DNA of 64,000 bases from Macrostomum lignano (taxonomy: Eukaryota): contig NIVC01000350.1 of assembly GCA_002269645.1 (NCBI GenBank), forward strand, positions 186,001 to 250,000. Direction: 5' to 3'. Both the position numbers and the translations under genes were made by a program. This document shows positions 48,125 to 60,445 of the stretch, in pieces. The notes under the pieces are model-generated. The model searched no databases and was not told the origin of the DNA. It worked only from the letters and a program-made list of their open reading frames with translations. Positions within the stretch are counted from its first letter, which is position 1; each line of letters begins with the position of its first letter.

Positions 48125-50683
48125 TAGTGCCACATACCCTTATGCTTGCGTCCTTGGCAGCTGTTTAGTGTTTTTGATCCCTTAATTTTAAGGCTCTGCA
48201 GGCTTGGCGAGCGAAAAGGAACCAACCCGACGAAGCGAAGGAAGTGACTCGACGCTGACCAGGACTACTTTTTTTGACACGCTTGGAACAAAGCTTAGAA
48301 TGACATTTAATTATTGGGCTAGTTCCTTCAGCAAGAAAGCAGTCTAAAATCAAGTTACAGCCAAAGTTAACATGATAGTTGAGAAAGAAAATGGATATTT
48401 GTGGTCAAAGATAATCTAGAAGGTAGTCTTGAAGAATTAGAGGGCAATAAATTAGAGGCGGTGATCTACGGTTGTCAGGAAGCCTCTGATTCCTCCGAAG
48501 CCTCTGAAGCCTGCAGCTGCTGGCCTTATGCCGTCAGCGTAAAAAGCAAAAAATATTGCTGCAATCTGAACAAAAGAAAAAAATGAGCACGAAACCTCAC
48601 TGCTAGTAAAAATTGTCCAAGCTAGCCGGGCGAGGATCTTTGGCTGGCATCTTTGGATAGGGAACAGTTGTTCACGCACTGCATTTCAAGTGGCCGTTCA
48701 ATGACCGTTCAGTTGGCGTCAAATCTTTGTCACAGACTGGACCCTGCTGAGTCAAGGAATAGTGTACTACACGTCAAGTCTCCTAGACAAAACATGCTCT
48801 GTTGTGACAGTCACAGATGATTTTAGCGAAGGTGACCTACCAGCAACCTGTACGAGGCAACTTCAGTGGATTTTCTAATAATTAAAAAGAGCAGAGCAGT
48901 CAGACCAACGGTGCATTTTGACTGCCACCTCACTTGCTGGCATCAGACTAATAAACGGTGTTAGAGGAGGCATCATAAGGCAAGGCTCGCGCCTGTAACG
49001 GTTCTTCACTGGAATAGGAGCAAAGAGATAGGCATAGAACTGTTTGAGAGTCTTGATGGCAGTGGCGTCGAAAAAGTCAAAAAGCGACAAGCCAACAGGA
49101 TAAAAATGTCTGCGGGTGAATGATTAGCGCTACCTTCTGGTGACATCAGTTTACCGCAATTCTCTTCAGTTGTTTAGATGAGTCAATACTAAATACAAAG
49201 GCAAAGACAGGAAACTTCACTGAAAAAAGGCTGATACGAATCTGAGTATTGGCGAAAAATTCCCCCGTTAGCTCTAATCCTGTCTCGGCCGCTTCTCCAA
49301 TAGGACGAGAAAATAGCATACACGGACAAATGGCTACTGAAAACCATGCCCTCAGCTGCACGTCGGCTCGGCATCAACAGTCTCCGTTGGCACAAAGATC
49401 TTCTCTCCTCCCCCCCCTTGGCTCTTTTATCTTGTTTGTGCTTGGCAAAGACTGTCGTGAAATCAAAAATGTCTCTGCCAGATGCAACCGTATCGGCTTA
49501 CAATTTCCAGTTGACTGCATGACGTGAGCTCATGGGCGAATGAGGAGCATGGTCGAACAAAAGAAGAGCATTGGTAAAAAAAGCTTTCAGAGATTGAGAA
49601 ACAGGCTGAAATAGACTATGGTATACCTAGCTATGTGCATGAAATTGTTTATTTAATCCACCGGGGTTTAGACTGTAGTAAAAGAGAGATCAGCCCCCTC
49701 TGTGTGTACCATCGAGAAAACGAAAACAATGACAAGCGCTGACGAAAGCAAGTAATGTACAAAAATAGTCTTAGGGTGCGGTGCGACTGGGTGTCACAGC
49801 TAGGCCGCGCTTATTATTTTCATGTATCTGCATGTGCATGTAGATTGGCAAACTCAGGGTTTATGTCTCTTCTCAGTCCCTTCTCTAAATCTCCCCTCTC
49901 CTCTCTTTTTTTCCTCCCTCTCATCTCCTTCTCTTCTCTCCTCTCCTCTCGATTTTCTCTTCTATTCTTAAGCTCTTCTCTCTCCTCTCCTGATCTCCTC
50001 TTAAGCTATCCTCTCTACTCTCCCTTCACTCCTCTCTCCTTTCCTCTCTCATTTCTCCTCTCTATTCTTCTTTTCTCTCTTCTTCTCTCCTTTCTACTCA
50101 TTCCTCCATTTTTCGATTTAATCCCTCCTCTCCTCTCGTCTCCTTTATTTTCCTATATTCCATCACCTCTCCATTCTCCTATATTTACTCTTTTCTCCTT
50201 TCTCTTTACTCTGGCCTCTCTCCCCTCAGCTCCTCAGTCATGCTTTAGGTTCTAGCTCTATATCTGGCCTTTGAAGCAAAAAGTTTGCCGACCCCTTGGC
50301 TTAAAGTCTTCGAAAGCTGCACGGATCGTTGTTCTAGCTACATGTAATGTTGCTCATTATTAGAGCTGAAGGAGAGTATCAAATAATCTATCCGTAAAAT
50401 CATATACAGTAATTATTAATTCTACTTCTTCATATGCATTAGCGTTATAGATACAGCTAGATTTGAACATGTACTATACGTAATATAATATTAAAAATAA
50501 TTTATCACACGTACCCTAATGGGTAGCAATTGGACTATTAGACTGATGGGTAGATGTGCAACCGACCAGCCTCAGCCGCAGCTATTGCGCGGCGCATCTG
50601 AAGGCTGTGCATGTATACGGCTGTTCTCAGTCCAAGGACTGCTGGGGGGCCGTCGCCACACACCCTCAATTACCCCAGCTAAT

Positions 50684-50826
50684 GCTGGTACCCATTTTAC
50701 AGCTGGGTGAACTGAAGCAATGCAGAGTTAAGTGTCTTGCTCAATGACACAAATTGTTCCGAGTGAGTTAAGAAACGAACCCCCGACTTTCCAGTGGTGA
50801 GTTCGACGCTCTAACCACTAGGCTAC
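50684..50826 (+). mobile_element. CORE-SINE/MIR-like (L2-tail) remnant
   Basis: CCCATTTTACAG..GAACTGAAGC..GAGTTAAGTGTCTTGCTCAATGACACA...GAACCC...CTCTAACCACTAGGCT resembles, from memory, the MIR CORE domain and L2-like 3' tail. No tRNA head identified. Confidence 0.6.
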
Positions 50827-51282
50827 AACCCCCTGAGATTCTGTGTAGGATCCTGGTGGTCAGGCAGAGTTAGGTTTTGGGCTGACCTGTATTTAGCATT
50901 TTTTAATTTTGTTCTGAGCCGCAATCAGAAGGGACCCAAGCCATGGCAACGCGACTGCAAAAAATTATGGGCTTTCCACAGATGTCGTAATTTTATGCAT
51001 ACAGTATCTGATCGCCTGACAGAACGTTTTTATATTACAAAAATATCCGAAGATTTTAAAACTTCAACTTCATTTCAGATCAGTGTTAGAAGTTCAGCTA
51101 AAACAGAGAATTCATGTACAAATCGTGATTTTCAACTCGGAGCAAGCGGTAATTCAAATATCAAAAGTATATTGGGCGAGTTCACGTGTGAGCCTGGACA
51201 TAAATTTAAACCTGAAATATACACCCTAGATAAATTCGAGCAAATTAGCAGCTAACTAGCAATCTACGCCCCCCGTTGGGGA

Positions 51283-52440
51283 GCCAAAGAAATGCAATAC
51301 ACGTTTTTTTAATAAGCTACATGTATCCTTGAAATCTTAAAAAATCTCCTGTCAAACCTTGTAAGCCTTGACATGTCAGTTATCCCCCCCACAAGCTTTA
51401 ACATATCAACTTCCCCCCTTGACATCTCAGCAATGCCCCCAATAAGCCTTGGAAATCTAAAAATATCTGTCAACCTTCTAACCCTAACCCTAGCCTAACC
51501 CTAACCCTAACCCTAACCCTAACCCTAACCCTAACCTAACCCTAAAGCATTGAAATTTCAGTAATTCTCCCTAAGAGTCATTATAGCACTACTACAGCAT
51601 TATAGCGATTCCTTGCAAGCCTCAACATCGTAGGGATTCCCAAATGAATCTCTTAACTTCGACATGAAGCTTCTTTTATTTTTTACATTACGCTTTTTTA
51701 TCAGCGATCCCTCCCCTGAGGAGGCATCAAATAATGTAATAAAAAGTTTTCAATAAACTACATGTAGCTTCTGACTTTAGCCTTGAAATCTCATTTATAC
51801 CCCCGTGAGCCTTGACATCTCAGCTATTCCCCCCGTAAGCCTTGACATGTCAGCAATGGCCCCCATAAACCTTGAAATCTAAAAAATCCCCTGTTAACCT
51901 TGAAACCCGATAAAATATAACCCTCAACCCACACCTGACCTAAACCTAACTTTAACCCAACCTAAAGCCTTGAAATCTCAGCAATTCTTCTCCCCTAAGC
52001 CTTAACATTTTAGTGATTCTTTCTTTAAGAATCACAGCACTATAACGATTTCCACCAAGCTTTGACATCGTAGCAATTCCCAAATGAATCTTTTAACTTC
52101 GACATGACTTTTCTTTTATGTATACATAGTGCTACTTTTATTTTTTACATGACTTTTCTTCTATCAGCGCCCCCCCCCGTGACGAGCCAACAAAGAATGC
52201 AATAAAAAAATGGAGTAAAGTACATGAACTTTGAAGTAGCTTCTGACTTTTGCTTTGACATCTCAGAAACCCCCCCCCCCCGTAATCTCATCTGAGAGCC
52301 TTGACGTCTCAGTTTTTCTCCCCAGCACAGCATTATAGTTGCATTTAATTTTTACATGAACCCTTCATGTCTGACATGACGTTTCTTTTATTCTACCGTG
52401 ACGCTTCTTAATTTTTTAAATGACACTTTTATTAGTTTTT
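51283..52440. repeat. ~1.15-kb spacer block of the 8-kb macro-repeat, copy 1
   Basis: Near-identical to 59287..60445; internally a diverged ~450-bp dimer plus a partial third unit. Confidence 0.92.
51479..51545 (-). repeat. Interstitial telomere-like (TTAGGG)n tract, copy 1
   Basis: (TAACCC)2 TAGCC (TAACCC)6 TAACC TAACCC on the + strand. Confidence 0.88.
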
Positions 52441-55400
52441 AAATGAGGCTTCTATGATTTTTTCTTGACGCTTCTATGATTTTTACATGACGCTTCTATG
52501 ATTTTTATATGACGCTTCTATGATTGTTTACATGACGCTTCTATGATTGTTTACACGACGCTTCTATGATTTTTTACATGACGCTTCTATGATTGTTTGC
52601 ATGACGCTTCTATGATTGTTTACATGACGCTTCTATGATTGTTTACATGACGCTTCTATGATTTTTATATGACGTTTCTATGATTGTTTACATGACGCTT
52701 CTATGATTGTTTACATGACGCTTCTATGATTGTTTACAGTACGCTTCTATGATTTTTTACATGACGCTTCTATGATTTTTTACATGACGCTTCTATGATT
52801 GTTTACATGACGCTTCTATGATTTTTTACATGACGCTTCTATGATTGTTTGCATGACGCTTCTATGATTGTTTACATGACGCTTCTATGATTTTTTACAT
52901 GACGCTTGTATGATTGTTTACATGACGCTTCTATGATTGTTTACATGACGCTTCTATGATTGTTTACATGACGCTTCTATGATTGTTTACATGACGCTTC
53001 TAAGATTTTTTACATGACGCTTCTACGATTTTTTACATGACGCTTCTATGATTGTTTACATGACGCTTTTATGATTGTTTACATGACGCTTCTAAGATTT
53101 TTTACATGACGCTTCTACGATTTTTTACATGACGCTTTTATGATTGTTTACATGACGCTTCTACGATTTTTATATGACGCTTCTATGATTTTTTACATGA
53201 CGCTTCTATGATTGTTTACATGACGCTTCTATGATGCTTACATGACGCTTCTATGATTTTTTACATGGCGCTTGTATGATTGTTTACATGACGCTTCTAT
53301 GATTGTTTACATGACGCTTCTATGATTGTTTACATGACGCTTCTAAGATTTTTTACATGACGCTTCTACGATTTTTTACATGACGCTTCTATGATTGTTT
53401 TCATGACGCTTCTATGATTGTTTACATGACGCTTCTAAGATTTTTTACATGACGCTTCTACGATTTTTACATGACGCTTCTATGATTGTTTACATGACGC
53501 TTCTATGATTGTTTACATGACGCTTCTATGATTGTTTACAGTACGCTTCTATGATTTTTTACATGACGCTTCTATGATTGTTTACATGACGCTTCTATGA
53601 TTGTTTACATGACGCTTCTATGATTTTTTACATGACGCTTCTATGATTGTTTGCATGACGCTTCTATGATTGTTTACATGACGCTTCTATGATTGTTTAC
53701 ATGACGCTTCTATGATTTTTTACATGGCGCTTCTATGATTGTTTACATGACGCTTCTATGATTGTTTACATGACGCTTCTATGATTGTTTACATGACGCT
53801 TCTAAGATTTTTACATGACGCTTCTACGATTTTTTACATGACGCTTCTATGATTGTTTACATGACGCTTTATGATTGTTTACATGACGCTTCTAAGATTT
53901 TTTACATGACGCTTCTACGATTTTTACATGACGCTTTATGATTGTTTACATGACGCTTCTACGATTTTTATATGACGCTTCTATGATTTTTTACATGACG
54001 CTTCTATGATTTTTTACATGACGCTTCTATGATTGCTTACATGACGCTTCTATGATTTTTTACATGGCGCTTGTATGATTGTTTGCATGACGCTTCTATG
54101 ATTGTTTACATGACGCTTCTATGATTGTTTACATGACGCTTCTATGATTGTTTACATGACGCTTCTAAGATTTTTTACATGACGCTTCTACGATTTTTTA
54201 CATGACGCTTCTATGATTGTTTACATGACGCTTTTATGATTGTTTACATGACGCTTCTAAGATTTTTTACATGACGCTTCTACGATTTTTTACATGACGC
54301 TTTCATGATTGTTTACATGACGCTTCTACGATTTTTATATGACGCTTCTATGATTTTTTACATGACGTTTCTATGATTTTTTACATGACGCTTCTATGAT
54401 TGCTTACATGACGCTTCTATGATTTTTTACATGGCGCTTGTATGATTGTTTACATGACGCTTCTATGATTGTTTACATGACGCTTCTATGATTGTTTACA
54501 TGACGCTTCTAAGATTTTTACATGACGCTTCTACGATTTTTTACATGACGCTTCTATGATTGTTTTCATGACGCTTCTATGATTGTTTACATGACGCTTC
54601 TAAGATTTTTTACATGACGCTTCTACGATTTTTTACATGACGCTTCTATGATTGTTTACATGACGCTTCTATGATTGTTTACATGACGCTTCTATGATTG
54701 TTTACATGACGCTTCTATGATTTTTTACATGACGCTTCTATGATTGTTTACATGACGCTTCTATGATTGTTTACATGACGCTTCTATGATTTTTTACATG
54801 ACGCTTCTATGATTGTTTGCATGACGCTTCTATGATTGTTTACATGACGCTTCTATGATTGTTTACATGACGCTTCTATGATTTTTTACATGGCGCTTCT
54901 ATGATTGTTTACATGACGCTTCTATGATTGTTTACATGACGCTTCTATGATTGTTTACATGACGCTTCTAAGATTTTTTACATGACGCTTCTACGATTTT
55001 TTACATGACGCTTCTATGATTGTTTACATGACGCTTTTATGATTGTTTACATGACGCTTCTAAGATTTTTTACATGACGCTTCTACGATTTTTTACATGA
55101 CGCTTTATGATTGTTTACATGACGCTTCTACGATTTTTATATGACGCTTCTATGATTTTTTACATGACGCTTCTATGATTTTTTACATGACGCTTCTATG
55201 ATTGCTTACATGACGCTTCTATGATTTTTTACATGGCGCTTGTATGATTGTTTACATGACGCTTCTATGATTGTTTACATGACGCTTCTATGATTGTTTA
55301 CATGACGCTTCTAAGATTTTTTACATGACGCTTCTACGATTTTTTACATGACGCTTCTATGATTGTTTTCATGACGCTTCTATGATTGTTTACATGACGC

Positions 55401-58400
55401 TTCTAAGATTTTTTACATGACGCTTCTACGATTTTTTACATGACGCTTTTATGATTGTTTACATGACGCTTCTATGATTGTTTACATGACGCTTCTATGA
55501 TTTTTATATGACGTTTCTATGATTGTTTACATGACGCTTCTATGATTGTTTACATGACGCTTCTATGATTGTTTACAGTACGCTTCTATGATGTTTTACA
55601 TGACGCTTCTATGATTGTTTACATGACGCTTCTATGATTGTTTACATGACGCTTCTATGATTTTTTACATGACGCTTCTATGATTGTTTGCATGACGCTT
55701 CTATGATTGTTTACATGACGCTTCTATGATTTTTTACATGGCGCTTGTATGATTGTTTACATGACGCTTCTATGATTGTTTACATGACGCTTCTATGATT
55801 GTTTACATGACGCTTATATGATTGTTTACATGACGCTTCTAAGATTTTTTACATGACGCTTCTACGATTTTTTACATGACGCTTCTATGATTGTTTACAT
55901 GACGCTTTTATGATTGTTTACATGACGCTTCTAAGATTTTTTACATGACGCTTCTACGATTTTTTACATGACGCTTTTATGATTGTTTACATGACGCTTC
56001 TACGATTTTTATATGACGCTTCTATGATTTTTTACATGACGCTTCTATGATTGTTTACATGACGCTTCTATGACTGCTTACATGACGCTTCTATGATTTT
56101 TTACATGGCGCTTGTATGATTGTTTACATGACGCTTCTATGATTGTTTACATGACGCTTCTATGATTGTTTACATGACGCTTCTAAGATTTTTTACATGA
56201 CGCTTCTACGATTTTTTACATGACGCTTCTATGATTGTTTTCATGACGCTTCTATGATTGTTTACATGACGCTTCTAAGATTTTTTACATGACGCTTCTA
56301 CGATTTTTTACATGACGTTTCTATGATTGTTTACATGACGCTTCTATGATTGTTTACATGACGCTTCTATGATTGTTTACAGTACGCTTCTATGATTTTT
56401 TACATGACGCTTCTATGATTGTTTACATGACGCTTCTATGATTGTTTACATGACGCTTCTATGATTTTTTACATGACGCTTCTATGATTGTTTGCATGAC
56501 GCTTCTATGATTGTTTACATGACGCTTCTATGATTGTTTACATGACGCTTCTATGATTTTTTACATGGCGCTTCTATGATTGTTTACATGACGCTTCTAT
56601 GATTGTTTACATGACGCTTCTATGATTGTTTACATGACGCTTCTAAGATTTTTTACATGACGCTTCTACGATTTTTTACATGACGCTTCTATGATTGTTT
56701 ACATGACGCTTTTATGATTGTTTACATGACGCTTCTAAGATTTTTTACATGACGCTTCTACGATTTTTACATGACGCTTTTATGATTGTTTACATGACGC
56801 TTCTACGATTTTTATATGACGCTTCTATGATTTTTTACATGACGCTTCTATGATTTTTTACATGACGCTTCTATGATTGCTTACATGACGCTTCTATGAT
56901 TTTTTACATGGCGCTTGTATGATTGTTTGCATGACGCTTCTATGATTGTTTACATGACGCTTCTATGATTGTTTACATGACGCTTCTATGATTGTTTACA
57001 TGACGCTTCTAAGATTTTTTACATGACGCTTCTACGATTTTTTACATGACGCTTCTATGATTGTTTACATGACGCTTTTATGATTGTTTACATGACGCTT
57101 CTAAGATTTTTTACATGACGCTTCTACGATTTTTTACATGACGCTTTCATGATTGTTTACATGACGCTTCTACGATTTTTATATGACGCTTCTATGATTT
57201 TTTACATGACGTTTCTATGATTTTTTACATGACGCTTCTATGATTGCTTACATGACGCTTCTATGATTTTTTACATGGCGCTTGTATGATTGTTTACATG
57301 ACGCTTCTATGATTGTTTACATGACGCTTCTATGATTGTTTACATGACGCTTCTAAGATTTTTTACATGACGCTTCTACGATTTTTTACATGACGCTTCT
57401 ATGATTGTTTTCATGACGCTTCTATGATTGTTTACATGACGCTTCTAAGATTTTTTACATGACGCTTCTACGATTTTTTACATGACGTTTCTATGATTGT
57501 TTACATGACGCTTCTATGATTGTTTACATGACGCTTCTATGATTGTTTACATGACGCTTCTATGATTTTTTACATGACGCTTCTATGATTGTTTACATGA
57601 CGCTTCTATGATTGTTTACATGACGCTTCTATGATTTTTTACATGACGCTTCTATGATTGTTTGCATGACGCTTCTATGATTGTTTACATGACGCTTCTA
57701 TGATTGTTTACATGACGCTTCTATGATTTTTACATGGCGCTTCTATGATTGTTTACATGACGCTTCTATGATTGTTTACATGACGCTTTTATGATTGTTT
57801 ACATGACGCTTCTAAGATTTTTTACATGACGCTTCTACGATTTTTTACATGACGCTTTTATGATTGTTTACATGACGCTTCTACGATTTTTATATGACGC
57901 TTCTATGATTTTTTACATGACGCTTCTATGATTTTTTACATGACGCTTCTATGATTGCTTACATGACGCTTCTATGATTTTTATATGACGCTTCTATGAT
58001 TGTTTACATGACGCTTCTATGATTTTTTACATGACGCTTCTATGATTGTTTACATGACGCTTCTAAGATTTTTTACATGACGCTTCTACGATTTTTTACA
58101 TGACGCTTCTATGATTGTTTTCATGACGCTTCTATGATTGTTTACATGACGCTTCTAAGATTTTTTACATGACGCTTCTACGATTTTTTACATGACGCTT
58201 CTATGATTGTTTTCATGACGCTTCTATGATTGTTTACATGACGCTTCTAAGATTTTTTACATGACGCTTCTACGATTTTTTACATGACGCTTTTATGATT
58301 GTTTACATGACGCTTCTATGATTGTTTACATGACGCTTCTATGATTTTTATATGACGTTTCTATGATTGTTTACATGACGCTTCTATGATTGTTTACATG

Positions 58401-59273
58401 ACGCTTCTATGATTGTTTACAGTACGCTTCTATGATGTTTTACATGACGCTTCTATGATTGTTTACATGACGCTTCTATGATTGTTTACATGACGCTTCT
58501 ATGATTTTTTACATGACGCTTCTATGATTGTTTGCATGACGCTTCTATGATTGTTTACATGACGCTTCTATGATTGTTTACATGACGCTTCTATGATTTT
58601 TTACATGGCGCTTCTATGATTGTTTACATGACGCTTCTATGATTGTTTACATGACGCTTCTATGATTGTTTACATGACGCTTCTAAGATTTTTTACATGA
58701 CGCTTCTACGATTTTTTACATGACGCTTCTATGATTGTTTACATGACGCTTCTATGATTGTTTACATGACGCTTCTATGATTTTTTACATGACGCTTCTA
58801 TGATTGTTTACATGACGCTTCTATGATTGTTTACATGACGCTTCTATGATTGTTTACATGACGCTTCTATGATTTTTTACATGACGCTTCTATGATTGTT
58901 TACATGACGCTTCTATGATTGCTTACATGACGCTTCTATGATTTTTTACATGGCGCTTGTATGATTGTTTACATGACGCTTCTATGATTGTTTACATGAC
59001 GCTTCTATGATTGTTTACATGACGCTTCTATGATTTTTTACATGGCGCTTGTATGATTGTTTACATGACGCTTCTATGATTGTTTTCATGACGCTTCTAT
59101 GATTGTTTACATGACGCTTCTAAGATTTTTTACATGACGCTTCTACGATTTTTTACATGACGCTTCTATGATTGTTTTCATGACGCTTCTATGATTGTTT
59201 ACATGACGCTTCTAAGATTTTTTACATGACGCTTCTACGATTTTTTACATGACGCTTTTATGATTGTTTACAT
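52440..59273. repeat. 23-bp satellite array (~6.8 kb, ~300 monomers) with higher-order structure
   Basis: Monomer ACATGACGCTTCTATGATT(G/T)TTT; diagnostic variants recur with a ~2.84-kb period. Confidence 0.97.
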
Positions 59274-59286
59274 AAAAGAAAGAAAT

Positions 59287-60445
59287 GCCAAAGAAATGCA
59301 ATACACGTTTTTTTAATAAGCTACATGTATCCTTGAAATCTTAAAAAATCTCCTGTCAAACCTTGTAAGCCTTGACATGTCAGTTATCCCCCCCCCACAA
59401 GCTTTAACATATCAACTTCCCCCCTTGACATCTCAGCAATGCCCCCAATAAGCCTTGGAAATCTAAAAATATCTGTCAACCTTCTAACCCTAACCCTAGC
59501 CTAACCCTAACCCTAACCCTAACCCTAACCCTAACCTAACCCTAAAGCATTGAAATTTCAGTAATTCTCCTAAGAGTCATTATAGCACTACTACAGCATT
59601 ATAGCGATTCCTTGCAAGCCTCAACATCGTAGGGATTCCCAAATGAATCTCTTAACTTCGAAATGAAGCTTCTTTTATTTTTTACATTACGCTTTTTTAT
59701 CAGCGATCCCTCCCCTGAGGAGGCATCAAATAATGTAATAAAAAGTTTTCAATAAACTACATGTAGCTTCTGACTTTAGCCTTGAAATCTCATTTATACC
59801 CCCGTGAGCCTTGACATCTCAGCTATTCCCCCCGTAAGCCTTGACATGTCAGCAATGGCCCCCATAAACCTTGAAATCTAAAAAATCCCCTGTTAACCTT
59901 GAAACCCGATAAAATATAACCCTCAACCCACACCTGACCTAAACCTAACTTTAACCCAACCTAAAGCCTTGAAATCTCAGCAATTCTTCTCCCCTAAGCC
60001 TTAACATTTTAGTGATTCTTTCTTTAAGAATCACAGCACTATAACGATTTCCACCAAGCTTTGACATCGTAGCAATTCCCAAATGAATCTTTTAACTTCG
60101 ACATGACTTTTCTTTTATGTATACATAGTGCTACTTTTATTTTTTACATGACTTTTCTTCTATCAGCGCCCCCCCCCGTGACGAGCCAACAAAGAATGCA
60201 ATAAAAAAATGGAGTAAAGTACATGAACTTTGAAGTAGCTTCTGACTTTTGCTTTGACATCTCAGAAACCCCCCCCCCGTAATCTCAGTTATTCTCTGAG
60301 AGCCTTGACGTCTCAGTTTTTCTCCCCAGCACAGCATTATAGTTGCATTTAATTTTTACATGAACCCTTCATGTCTGACATGACGTTTCTTTTATTCTAC
60401 CGTGACGCTTCTTAATTTTTTAAATGACACTTTCATTAGTTTTTA
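59287..60445. repeat. ~1.15-kb spacer block, copy 2
   Basis: Starts GCCAAAGAAATGCAATACACG, 8004 bp after copy 1; few substitutions and indels. Confidence 0.92.
59485..59545 (-). repeat. Interstitial telomere-like (TTAGGG)n tract, copy 2
   Basis: Same as copy 1 but one TAACCC hexamer shorter. Confidence 0.88.

Noticed and set aside
49845-50300. CT-rich tract flanked by GGCAAACT / AGTTTGCC as a hAT MITE
   Set aside because: Only 8 bp of inverted match and no TSD identified; suggestive but unsupported.
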